Position numbers and translations under genes: made by a program
Shown here: piece after piece, positions 27,466 through 37,573 of the stretch
How positions within the stretch are numbered: the stretch's first letter is position 1
How the letters are laid out: every line of letters starts with the position of its first letter
Origin: Vulcanimicrobiota bacterium
GTDB lineage: Bacteria > Vulcanimicrobiota > Vulcanimicrobiia > Vulcanimicrobiales > Vulcanimicrobiaceae
NCBI GenBank assembly: GCA_963777315.1
Contig: CAVZQC010000004.1
Location: 96,001 to 160,000, forward strand
Length of the DNA: 64,000 bases
Reading direction: 5' to 3'
The notes under the pieces: generated by a model
The model's input: only the letters and a program-made list of their open reading frames with translations
Database searches by the model: none
What the model was told of the DNA's origin: nothing

Positions 27466-27828
27466 ATGAGTAAGCGAGTTCTCATCGTCGATGACGCCGT
27501 CGTCATGCGGATGATGATAAAAGGAATTTTGAGCAAGAATGGATTCGACGTCGTCGGCGAGGCTCAGAACGGCGTTGAGGCGGTCGACAAGTACAAATCG
27601 CTGAATCCGGATTTGGTGACGATGGACATGGTGATGCCGGAGATGGACGGCATTACGGCCGTGCGCGAGATCATGGGACACGATCCGTGCGCGAAGATCA
27701 TCATGTGCACGTCGATGGGCCAGCAAGCGCTGGTCGTTGAGGCAATTCAAGCGGGGGCGAAATCATTCATCACCAAACCGTTCCAACCGCCGAAGATACT
27801 GGAAACCATCCACAAGGTGCTGGCGTGA
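27466..27828 (+). CDS. cheY: Chemotaxis response regulator CheY
   Basis: VLIVDD, PDLVTMDMVMPEMDG, MGQQ, KPF; Firmicutes/Thermotoga-type; SD GGAG. Confidence 0.95.
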   Translation: MSKRVLIVDDAVVMRMMIKGILSKNGFDVVGEAQNGVEAVDKYKSLNPDLVTMDMVMPEMDGITAVREIMGHDPCAKIIMCTSMGQQALVVEAIQAGAKSFITKPFQPPKILETIHKVLA

Positions 27829-28436
27829 TCGCGCAAACGCTCAAGCTCAACGATCTGCAAAAGGACGCGCTCAAGGAAGTCGGCAATATCGGCGCCGGCC
27901 ATGCCGCCACGGCGCTCTCGCAGCTGCTCAACGCGAAAATCAATCTGAGCGAGCCGCGGATCGACGTCATCAAATTCCGCGATCTGGCTTCGCGCGTGGG
28001 CCACGAAAACCGCATGGTGGCCGCGCTGCACATGTACATTCGCGGCGAAGCGCCCGGTCAGATGATAGTGCTGTTCGATCGCGAACAAGCCATGGACTTC
28101 GTCTCCGCGTTTCTCAAACGCGTGATCGGCGACATCCAGATCTTCGATTCCATCTCCGATTCGACGCTCAAGGAAATCGGCAACATCATCGCGGGCGCGT
28201 ACCTGTCGGCCATCAACAACCTGACCGGCCAGAACGTTCTCCCGTCGGTGCCGACGCTCTCGTACGGGACGATCCAGGCAGCTTTCCGCACGCTGATGTC
28301 GATCCTTCCCGACCAGGACGTGTTCCTGATCGAGAGCAGCTTTCTGGACAAGGAAAAAGAAGTAGCCGGCCAGTTCATTCTGATCCCGGAAACGGGTTCG
28401 CTGGCGCCCCTCTTGAGCGTATTCGGAGTCGAATAG
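27825..28436 (+). CDS. cheC: CheY-P phosphatase CheC
   Basis: Two intact ExxN sites: DALKEVGNIG and STLKEIGNII. Confidence 0.93.
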   Translation: MIAQTLKLNDLQKDALKEVGNIGAGHAATALSQLLNAKINLSEPRIDVIKFRDLASRVGHENRMVAALHMYIRGEAPGQMIVLFDREQAMDFVSAFLKRVIGDIQIFDSISDSTLKEIGNIIAGAYLSAINNLTGQNVLPSVPTLSYGTIQAAFRTLMSILPDQDVFLIESSFLDKEKEVAGQFILIPETGSLAPLLSVFGVE

Positions 28437-28458
28437 CGCGCCGGCCTAGGTTCCCCGC

Positions 28459-30222
28459 ATGAGCGACGATCTGTTCGACAAGTCGGAATTCATCTCGTAC
28501 TTTCGGGACGAGGCCGAGGAACTGCTTTTGCGGATCGACGCCGATCTGCTGCAGATCGAAGAACATGCCGCGGGCGGGCACGCCGACACCGAACTGATCA
28601 ATTCGCTTTTCCGGGCGCTGCATACGATCAAGGGCAGCGCGGGCATGCTGCAGTTCGTCGAAGTTGCAGAGCTCGCTCATAAGCTCGAGAACTTGTGCGA
28701 CTTGCTGCGCAAGGATCGCATGCAGCTTTCCGAAGCGTGCGTGGACGTGCTCTTCGCCGGCCGCGATTTTCTCACGGATCTGGTCCACGCCGCCGTCGAC
28801 GGCGCCGATCCTCCTTCGGGATTACTCGACTACGGCGCGCGGCTGGATGCGTTCGTAGCCGGAAATGAAGAAACGGCCGCGGCGCCCATAGCGCCGGCTT
28901 CGCCGGCGCAAGCTCCGGAGCGGCACGATCCGGCTGTGCCGGCCAAGAGCGCCAAACGCGCTGCAATGCACCAGACGATACGGGTCGACATCGAGCGGCT
29001 CGATCTGCTGCTCAATTTGGTCGGCGAGCTGGTCATTAACCGGACTCGCATCACCGACATCGCCAACACGCTGGACCGCGCGCTGGTCGAGCAGAGCGCC
29101 GGGCACGGTTCGCACAACGGGCGCGAAAAGCACTTGGGGACGCTTGCAAAAGAACTCGCGGACAGTTCGGCGCTGCTGGCGCGCACCACCAACGAGATCC
29201 AGGAATCGATCATGAAGGTGCGCATGGTGCGCATCGGCCAGGTGTTCGATCGGTTCCCGCGCTTGGTGCGCGACGTCGCCAAGGCTCGCGGCAAAGAGGT
29301 GCAGTTGCACATATCGGGTGCCGAAACGGACTTGGACAAGACGATCGTGGACGAAGTCGGCGAGCCGCTCATGCATCTGCTGCGCAATTGCGTCGATCAT
29401 GGAATCGAAACGCCGGAAGAACGCGAGCGCCGCGGCAAACCGCGGCACGGCACCATTTCGCTCAATGCCTATCACGAAGGCAATCAGATCATCATCGAAG
29501 TGCGGGACGACGGCAACGGCATCGACTTGGAGCGCGTGCATGCGCGCGGCGTCAAACAAGGTCTGATCGGCGCCGACGAAAAGTTGAGCGATCGCGAGAT
29601 CGTGGAACTGATTTTTACACCGGGCTTCTCAACCGCGGAAGTCGTGAGCGACGTAAGCGGTCGCGGCGTGGGCATGGACGTGGTCAAAAAGAACATCACG
29701 CAGATCAAAGGCGTCTTCGACGTGGACACCGTCCCGGGATCCGGCACGACGTTCACGATCAAATTGCCGCTGACCCTGGCCATTATCCAGGCACTGCTCG
29801 TTCGCGTGGGTCAAGAACTGTACGCGATCCCGCTGGACTCGGTCATCGAATCCCAGCGCGTTGAAATGAGCGACGTGCGCACGGTACACGGCAACGAGGT
29901 CATCACGCTGCGCGGTCAGGTCGTACCGCTTTTGCGCATCGCAGACTTCTTCGAATTGGGAGGCGAGCGCGATCCGGAAAAGGTGATGATCGTCATCGTG
30001 GGCCTGCAGGGCCGTCAGGTCGGCTTGGTGGTGGACTCGTTTCAAGGCGAGCAGGAGATCGTCATCAAGCCGCTGTCGCACGTGGTCGGGCGGATCGCCG
30101 GAATTTCCGGCGCCACGATCCTTGGCAACGGATCGATCTCGCTCATCATCGACGTGCATTCGCTGGTTTCGGAAGCGTATGCCGGCAGCCGCGTCGCACG
30201 CGCCGAATATTCGGGGGTATAG
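28459..30222 (+). CDS. cheA: Chemotaxis histidine kinase CheA (no P2 domain)
   Basis: Hpt FRALHTIKG, TIRVD dimerisation domain, DHGIE, GRGVGMDVV, C-terminal CheW-like domain. Confidence 0.96.
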   Translation: MSDDLFDKSEFISYFRDEAEELLLRIDADLLQIEEHAAGGHADTELINSLFRALHTIKGSAGMLQFVEVAELAHKLENLCDLLRKDRMQLSEACVDVLFAGRDFLTDLVHAAVDGADPPSGLLDYGARLDAFVAGNEETAAAPIAPASPAQAPERHDPAVPAKSAKRAAMHQTIRVDIERLDLLLNLVGELVINRTRITDIANTLDRALVEQSAGHGSHNGREKHLGTLAKELADSSALLARTTNEIQESIMKVRMVRIGQVFDRFPRLVRDVAKARGKEVQLHISGAETDLDKTIVDEVGEPLMHLLRNCVDHGIETPEERERRGKPRHGTISLNAYHEGNQIIIEVRDDGNGIDLERVHARGVKQGLIGADEKLSDREIVELIFTPGFSTAEVVSDVSGRGVGMDVVKKNITQIKGVFDVDTVPGSGTTFTIKLPLTLAIIQALLVRVGQELYAIPLDSVIESQRVEMSDVRTVHGNEVITLRGQVVPLLRIADFFELGGERDPEKVMIVIVGLQGRQVGLVVDSFQGEQEIVIKPLSHVVGRIAGISGATILGNGSISLIIDVHSLVSEAYAGSRVARAEYSGV

Positions 30223-30224
30223 CA

Positions 30225-30722
30225 ATGACCGAAGTGATCCAAAAGCAGCAGCAGCCCGCCGCGCTCGTTCAAGTCGTCTCCTTTCGTTTGGGAAATGAGG
30301 AGTACGGGGTCGACATCGCGCAAGTGCAGGAGATCATCCGCACGGTTGAAATCACGCACGTACCCCGCGCTTCCCATTTTATGGAAGGCGTCATCAATCT
30401 GCGCGGCCAGCTCATTCCCATCATCGACTTGCGCACGCGCTTTGCTATGCCGCGCGCGGAGCACACGAAGAGCACGCGCATCGTGGTTACCGAGTTCGGC
30501 AACAAGCGAGTCGGCATCGTGGTCGACAGCGTGTCCGAAGTGCTCAACATTCCAATCGAGCAGGTGGAGAACGCACCCGAGATGATAGCAGGCGTCGGCA
30601 CCGATTACATTCAGGGCGTCGGCAAAGTGAACGACAGGCTCGTCATTTTGCTCGACCTCGCAATGGTCATCACCGGTGAAGAACGAGCGCAGCTGGAAGC
30701 GGCCGAATCCAGCGAGCGGTGA
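30225..30722 (+). CDS. cheW: Chemotaxis coupling protein CheW
   Basis: GVINLRGQLIPIIDL, GIVVDSVSEV. Confidence 0.96.
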   Translation: MTEVIQKQQQPAALVQVVSFRLGNEEYGVDIAQVQEIIRTVEITHVPRASHFMEGVINLRGQLIPIIDLRTRFAMPRAEHTKSTRIVVTEFGNKRVGIVVDSVSEVLNIPIEQVENAPEMIAGVGTDYIQGVGKVNDRLVILLDLAMVITGEERAQLEAAESSER

Positions 30723-30862
30723 AGACCGCGTTAAGGTAAATTCCCGCCCCGCACCGAAAGCACCGAAGGGAAGTCACGGCACTGCCGTGCCGGACGCTTT
30801 TTACGCATGGGCCGCCTTCGGCCTACGCGTACACTTTGTTCTTTAGTGGGGGTTTTGCGACT

Positions 30863-33800
30863 ATGCACAACACACGACGCCTCCGCCACGTCTACGTAAC
30901 GGCTCTATTGCTCGTCGCGTTTCTGCTCCAGGCAACATGGACACTGGCGGGAACGACGGGCGCTCTGTCCGGTGTAGTGACGGGGGAAAACAGCGCGCCG
31001 GTGGCCGGCGCGGTCGTCACGGTTTCCTCTCCTTCCGAGCACGCCAGCGTCACGACCGACGCGAGCGGGCACTTCAGTTTTCTTTCCTTGGCGCCCGACA
31101 CGTACACGCTCGGGGCTGCGAAAGAGGGTTATACGTCCGCGGCCATACCGGGCGTGGTGGTTTTCGCGGACCAAACCCAGACGCTTCAGGTACAATTGAG
31201 CAGAACGCTCAAAACTATCGCGCAGGTTCGTTCGCAGGCGCAAGGCAGTCTGGTAAAAGCCGGCACGACGACGGACGTCTATGCGGTTAACGCGGCCACC
31301 GCCACGCAGCTGGCCACGTCCGGCGGCGGCAACAACCTGGACAGCGCGTACTCAGCCATTTACTCGCAGCCCGGCGTCGTGGGATTGCCGGGCAACTACG
31401 GCTTCGGTCAAGTCTTCTTTATCCACGGCTCGAGCTACAATCAGATCGGCTACGAGTTTGACGGCATCCCGGTCAATCGCGCATTCGACAACTACAACGC
31501 GAACTCGCTCTCGAATCTCGGCACGCAATCGACCGAAGTGTACACCGGGGGCGGCCCCGCAGGCGCCACGTCGCCGACACTCGGAGGATACATCAATCAG
31601 GTCATCAAGGCCGGCACCTATCCCGGTTACGGCAACTTGAGCGTCGGCATCGGCGCTCCGGCCTTCTATCACCAAGCCCAAATCGAGGGCGGCGGTGCGA
31701 CTCCGAACCGTACCTTCTCGTGGTACGTCGCCGTGCGCGGCTCCAACATGATTCCAAACCAGCTGGACGAGAAGAACGGCGGCGACTTGAACCCGGACGG
31801 CGACAACCGGTACGGGCAGCAGGGCGTGAGCTGGAACACCTTGATGCTGCCGGCGGAGCTTTTCCTCGGGAGCAGCGGGCGAGGACCCTGGTCCGACTGC
31901 ACCGGCGGCGGCGCAGTCGCCCCCGCGAACGGTTCGTATCTCTCACCGATCATTTCCGGATTGTACGGCGCTGCGGGAACGATGAACGCATGTAACGTGT
32001 ACAGCCCCTTAGCGGCAACCAATACGGTCAATTTGCGCGGCAACGACCTTAGCGACCGTGAGAACGTCGTCAACCTGCACTTCGGCATTCCGCATCGCCA
32101 CGATGCGGGACGCGACGACGTGCAGCTGCTCTACGACAACTTCTTCTATCAAACGCAGGCTTGGGACAACATCTCGACGTTCGGGGGATTGCCGTTCATG
32201 CAGGCAATGTTCTCGCCCGCCGGGACGAACCCGGACGGCAGCGGCAATTACAACAACTTTCTGACGAACGTCCTGGGACCGTCGGGCGGCGCGTCCTGGT
32301 TTGGACCGGCCGCTTCTCCCGCGTACGCAGGCATGTGCGACTACTTTAACCTGTACGCGCTGTTCGGTGCTTCGCCGCCGTGCGCGGCCACCGGGCAGGG
32401 AACTTCTCCCGCGCCCTACTTTGATGCGTACCAAGTGGCCGGGGCCGCTTTCGGCCAATCGGCGCTGGGTCAGCCCGACATCGTGCGGCCGTATCTCTTC
32501 CCGTCCACGAACGAACAGCGAGCGTTCCAGTCGGGGTTCTCGCCCTACCAGGTATCCGACACCGACAACAACGGGTCGATCGTAAAACTGCAGTACCAAA
32601 AGAACCTCAGTGCGAACGCCTACCTGCGGCTTTTCGGCTACACGTTCTACTCGGACTGGCTGCAGACCGATCCCAACTACGGCGTAACGCCTTTCTTGGT
32701 GGGCGGTGCGACGGCCGGCAATTACGAGCTGAACACCCATACGCGCGGAGCGCTGGCGCAATTCGCCGATCAGATCAGCGCTCAGCACCTGCTGACGTTT
32801 ACGACCAGTTACACTACTGCATCGGTGCTGCGCTGGAACAATGCGCAGTACACGTTCTCACCCAGCGGCACCCCGATCGCAACGCTGCAAGCGCCGAACG
32901 GCACGTGCTACGCAGCCTACAACAACGCGCAAAGCGGCGGGGCGCTGATCGATCCGGGCTACTCTGCCGGGCTCGCAGCCGGATCTCCCGTCTCGTGCGT
33001 TTCCGCCCTGGCAGGTGCGCCCATCGCGGCCGTTCAGGCCGGACAGGCCGGATGCCCGCCTGCGGCGACGTTCCAGTGCCTGCAGGCAGTACCGGCGGGA
33101 GTGCCGGCCGGTACGTCCTGGCTGCTCACGCAGAATCTTGCGCCGAACGCGAACGTCAACACGGTGCGTCCGAAATTCATCGATGCCGCGCTGCAGGATG
33201 AGTTTCGGCCGTCATCGAGGTGGGACATCAACGCCGGCGTGCGGTTCGAAAGCTACGGCTATGTGCTGGGCAATTATGGTTCGCCCTCGCAGCAATTCTG
33301 GTTCAATCAGATCAATGCGACCGCGTGCGTGAGCCCGCTCGGGCTGCAGCAGCCCAGTCAAACCGACTTCGACAGCGGTGCGCCGCGCTATGGGCTGGTG
33401 CCCAATGCATACGCGGGGTTCGTGACGACGGCGCCGGGCCAGGCTTGCCCGTTCGATCCGACGATCGGACAGCAACTGTACCACCCGGGTGACCACGGCA
33501 TTCCGCAGATCACGCTGGGGGGGTCGGGAACCATAACGAAGACCACGTGGTCGCCGCGCATCGGTTTTACCTATACGCTCAGTCCCGATTCCGTTTTGCG
33601 GTTTTCGTACGGACGCTACACGCAACCAACGCCTACGGCGTTCGAGCAAGTTCTGACTTACCCCGACGGGTACAAAATGGCAACCAGCCTGTACGATTCC
33701 AGATATTACAACATCGGCTTAGCGTCGATCGTGCACGACAACCCCATCCAGTTTTCCAACAACGTCGATGCATCGTTCGAACAGCATCTGAGAAACACGG

Positions 33801-34898
33801 ATATCAGACTTCAAAATCTCGCCGTTCTACCGCTATACGACCAATCAGTCCGTATTACTCACGCTTCCGGGCGGGCTAGGCGGTTCGTTCAACGCGGGCA
33901 CGCAGCAAACCAAAGGCGTCGAGCTGGCGATTCAAAAAGGAAACCCGGCCGAAGACGGCTGGTCGGGTCAGCTTTCGTACACCTATACGGATGCGAAACT
34001 GAAATATCAGCTCATCAACGGTTCGAACATCATTCAAACGATGCTCAACACGCTCAATCCGTACTTGGCGCTCGAAGGCGTCAACGGCGGGACGCCGTGT
34101 TATTACGCGGGTTCTCCGGATGCGAGCTGCACGGCTCCGGCCGGCGGCGACCCGGGTGCCGTCATCGCCAATCCGTATTACGGTTCCAAGATCACCGGTG
34201 CACAGCTCAAAGCGCAGTTCCCGCTCACGGCCTTCTACCCGACGTACGCGAACTATTTCCCGTACGGGCTGCAGGCCGGCGACGCATCGACGATCATTCC
34301 GCCCAACGTGTTTTCCGGATACCTCAGCTGGAAACATCACAAGCTGCAGGCCACGCTAACCGGAAACCTTTGGGAAGGCCAGTCGTACGGAGCGCCCGTG
34401 GAGATCGCGGGCATCGATCCGAGATCGTGCATCGCGAATCAAGGCGCCATCGGCGTCGTTCCCGGATCGCAGCTGGGCGACTACCAGACATGCTCGTCGA
34501 GCATCGCCATCCCCAATCCCTATACCGGCCAGTTCGACGGCATCGGACAGTACCGCGATCCATGGGAGCTCAACCTCGGTGCGCAAATCGGCTACGATCT
34601 CAGCCCGCGCGTGCATGCATCGCTTCTGCTCGCCAACATCCTGAACCGCTGCTTCGGCGGATCCAAAGAGCCGTGGACCACGGCATATCCGCCGAACAAC
34701 GTGATCTGCGCGTACGATCCCAACGGCGGGTATGTCGGAAATACGCCGGGCGCGGGCTACTTCTACGGAAACAGTCCGCACGATGCGGTCAATGGAACGG
34801 CGGGTTATCCCAAGGTCTTCGATCAAGCCTACGCGCCGGGGGCCAACCAGATTTCCAGTCCGTTCCAAGCATACTTCCAGCTCCAAGTCCGCCTCTAG
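30863..34898 (+). CDS. TonB-dependent receptor (Oar-like, with carboxypeptidase-regulatory N-domain), split by an apparent +1 frameshift at ~33808
   Basis: Signal peptide, DGIPVN plug, ALQDEF, NAGVRFE, WSPRIGFTY, LRFSYGRY. Coding continues in the next frame from 33810 (FKISPFYR...GVELAIQKG) to the terminal beta strand YFQLQVRL. Confidence 0.88.
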
Positions 34899-34915
34899 CT
34901 CGAGACGGACTGCCG

Positions 34916-34952
34916 ACGGTGGCGCCCTGCTCAGGCATGGCGCCATCGTTTT
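34916..34952 (+). terminator. Intrinsic terminator after the TonB-dependent receptor
   Basis: Stem ACGGTGGCGCC...GGCGCCATCGT followed by a short T run. Confidence 0.6.
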
Positions 34953-34975
34953 GGAGCCTTCCCTTAATTCTTTAG

Positions 34976-35022
34976 TTGACAATACGCCGGCCTCGGGCTA
35001 TAGTCTACTAATAAATTAGTAG
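34976..35022 (+). promoter_or_regulatory. Sigma70 promoter with a BlaI-type palindromic operator over the start site
   Basis: TTGACA(34976)-N17-TATAGT(34999-35004); palindrome CTACTAAT-AA-ATTAGTAG at 35005-35022. Confidence 0.85.
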
Positions 35023-35041
35023 CAAGCGTGGAGGTACGCCC

Positions 35042-35425
35042 GTGGCCCGCAAAAAGTCTGCCGTTCTGACTGAAGCCGAACTGCGCCTGATGGAAGTGCT
35101 CTGGCGCAAGAAGCAGGCGACGGTTGCCGAGGTGACCGAGGCATTGCCGCCGCCGCCGCTCGCGTACAACAGCGTTCTGACGACCATGCGAATTCTCGAG
35201 CAAAAAGGCTACGTTCGGCATCAGGAAGAGGGCCGCGCCTACGTCTATCAGCCGTTGGTCGAGCGGGACGAAGCGGCCAAGTCGGCCGTCGGGCAACTCG
35301 TTTCGCGTTTCTTCGGAAACAAATCGACGGCGTTGGCGCTACGTTTGGTTGAAGAGCAGCGCCCCAGCGACGAAGAGCTCCGGCGCTTGAAGAAGCTCAT
35401 CGAGCAGTACGAGGATAAAGGTTGA
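35042..35425 (+). CDS. BlaI/MecI/CopY family repressor
   Basis: LTEAELRLMEVLW, LAYNSVLT.MRILEQKG, GRAYVY; SD GGAGG. Confidence 0.95.
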   Translation: MARKKSAVLTEAELRLMEVLWRKKQATVAEVTEALPPPPLAYNSVLTTMRILEQKGYVRHQEEGRAYVYQPLVERDEAAKSAVGQLVSRFFGNKSTALALRLVEEQRPSDEELRRLKKLIEQYEDKG

Positions 35426-37494
35426 TGCACGCTGTCGTTTCCGCACTCGAGCCCATTGCGCGCGTAACCCTCGCCACGGTGTTCAACAGCTTGTGGGAAG
35501 CGGCGCTGCTCGCCTTTGCGGTGTGGGTCATCTTGCGCTTGATGCCCAACTTGAACGCCTCGACGCGGTATGCCGCCTGGTGTGCTGCATTGGCGGGCTC
35601 GTTGCTGCTGCCGCTCGCGACGACCATTCCGCAGATCAGCGTGCAGCGTTCCACGCAAAGCGCAATCACCCGTTCCTCTGCGCCCGGGCCGGCGCCGCAG
35701 GCCGCAGCTTCGCATCCGCCCTCCACCGCGATAGCGAAGATTGCCGCGGCGCCGGCCGCTGCTCGCAATGCGAACGTCCCTGCGTTCAAAATGCCCGAGC
35801 GAGTGCGCTTTCTGCTGCCCGATTACCTCGCGCTGATCGTGTTCGGCGTTTGGGTCGCGGCAACGCTGCTGCTGCTTTTGCGTTTGGCCGTGAACCTTTT
35901 CCGGTTGGAACGTCTCAAACGTGACGCGCTTCCGCTGCCGATCGACTATCGCGAGCGGCTTTCGCAGTGGGCTGCCGCCGAAAAAGGCGAGCGTGAAGTG
36001 CGCTTGTGCGTCTGCGCGGGGATCGACGTACCCGTGGCGGTGGGGCTATTCGATTCGATGATCCTCATACCGCATCACTTGCTGCAAACGCTCCGCGCCG
36101 AAGAGATCGACCAGATCATGCTGCACGAGCTCGGTCATTTGCGCCGGGCGGACGACTGGACGAACGGACTGCAGCGGGTCATTCAAACGCTGTTGTTCTT
36201 CAATCCCGCCGTTGCGTACATTGCCGCGCAGCTCGATACGGAGCGCGAAGTCGCCTGCGACGACTGGGTCGTGCGCCAGACGAAAAACGTGCGCCCGTAC
36301 GCGACGTGCCTGACCAAGATGGCCGAAGCCACGGCGTGGCCGCATCGCGCGCTGGCTGCGCCCGGCGTATTCGTCACGCGCCGCGGACTGTCGGTTCGCG
36401 TCGAGCGGCTGCTGCGGGCAGGGCGCAACGTTCGCACGAGCGTTTCCCTGGGCCCGGCGGGCGCAGTCGTCGCCGCCCTGGTGGTGCTGTTTTTCGTGCT
36501 GCAGAACGTGGCGCCGTCTTTTGCGTTCACCAAGCCCGCTGCTCCGCAATTCGCAACCACGAAATCGCACGCGCGCGTCCACAAAACGGACGCTGCGTCC
36601 GTGCAGCGCAGAGTCGTTCTCGTCAAAGAATTCCAGCGAGTTGCGGTGGCCGCAACGGCCGCGCCCGCAACGCCCGCGCCGGCCGCTTCCGTTATCACGA
36701 TTCCGGCTAAGCACATCCATATTCCATCGCGTACCATTCACGTGCCGGCCGTGAACGTGGATATTCCCGAGCGGCACATTACCGTGCCGTCCCCTCCGTA
36801 CGCGGCCGCCCTGAGCAATGCCGTGCCGTCCGACCTGTCTACGCGCATAGAACAACAGGTGAACGCCGCGATGCGCCTGTCGGGCGCCAAGAGCGGGGCC
36901 TTCGATTGCGTCGGCTGCGACTATCGCGGTCAAAATCTTGCCGGCCGCAGTTTTCGGGGTCAACGCCTCAACGGCGTGAACTTTAGCCGCTCCAATCTGC
37001 AAAACGCCGATTTCTCGAGCGCCGTTCTTCTGGGCGTCGATTTCGGGCATGCGGACTTACGGGGGACGAACTTCGCTCACGCGGTGATGAACGGCTGCGA
37101 TTTGACGCATGCCGACGTTACCGGGGCGGATTTCGAGGGCGTTCGGATGACCGGCTGCAATTTCGACGCGCGCTCGCTCTCGCCGGTCCAGGCGCGTTCG
37201 CTCCTGCTGGCCTGCCGCATGGGGTGCGACTTCAACCATGCGAATCTGGCCGGGCAAAATCTGCGAGGCTTGTCGATCGTGGGAGTGAATCTGAGCGGCG
37301 CGGACCTTCGCGGCGCCGATTTTTCCAACGGCAAGTTTAGCGGCATCGATTTCTCCGGAGCGCAGCTGAGCGGAGCGAAATTTACCGGTGCATCGCTGAC
37401 GGGCTGCGATTTCTCCGGGGTCGATTTGCACGACGTCGATCTGTCCAATGCCAAAATGACGGGCGATAAACTCGACCGCACGCCGATGCGGTAA
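35425..37494 (+). CDS. BlaR1-like M56 metallopeptidase with a C-terminal pentapeptide-repeat domain
   Basis: TM helices, HELGH zinc motif, FFNP, EREVACDD; C-terminal tandem A(D/N)(L/F)xx pentapeptides. Confidence 0.92.
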   Translation: MHAVVSALEPIARVTLATVFNSLWEAALLAFAVWVILRLMPNLNASTRYAAWCAALAGSLLLPLATTIPQISVQRSTQSAITRSSAPGPAPQAAASHPPSTAIAKIAAAPAAARNANVPAFKMPERVRFLLPDYLALIVFGVWVAATLLLLLRLAVNLFRLERLKRDALPLPIDYRERLSQWAAAEKGEREVRLCVCAGIDVPVAVGLFDSMILIPHHLLQTLRAEEIDQIMLHELGHLRRADDWTNGLQRVIQTLLFFNPAVAYIAAQLDTEREVACDDWVVRQTKNVRPYATCLTKMAEATAWPHRALAAPGVFVTRRGLSVRVERLLRAGRNVRTSVSLGPAGAVVAALVVLFFVLQNVAPSFAFTKPAAPQFATTKSHARVHKTDAASVQRRVVLVKEFQRVAVAATAAPATPAPAASVITIPAKHIHIPSRTIHVPAVNVDIPERHITVPSPPYAAALSNAVPSDLSTRIEQQVNAAMRLSGAKSGAFDCVGCDYRGQNLAGRSFRGQRLNGVNFSRSNLQNADFSSAVLLGVDFGHADLRGTNFAHAVMNGCDLTHADVTGADFEGVRMTGCNFDARSLSPVQARSLLLACRMGCDFNHANLAGQNLRGLSIVGVNLSGADLRGADFSNGKFSGIDFSGAQLSGAKFTGASLTGCDFSGVDLHDVDLSNAKMTGDKLDRTPMR

Positions 37495-37573
37495 TCTTTC
37501 CGGATCGAAAAGCTTCTCGAAATTGCCCGTGGCGACACGGGCCTGGTTTCTCGCACCTCAAAGGAGATTCAAC

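Noticed and set aside
30751..30780. Glycine riboswitch (CACCGAAGG)
   Set aside because: The flanking GGAGA and CUCUCAGG elements are absent.
33809..34975. C-terminal ~390 aa of the 1379-aa ORF
   Set aside because: Arg-rich out-of-frame read-through after the frameshift. The real barrel sequence is in the next frame.
36900..37470. Qnr/MfpA-type quinolone resistance pentapeptide protein
   Set aside because: The repeats are fused behind the TM helices of an M56 protease and are probably extracytoplasmic.
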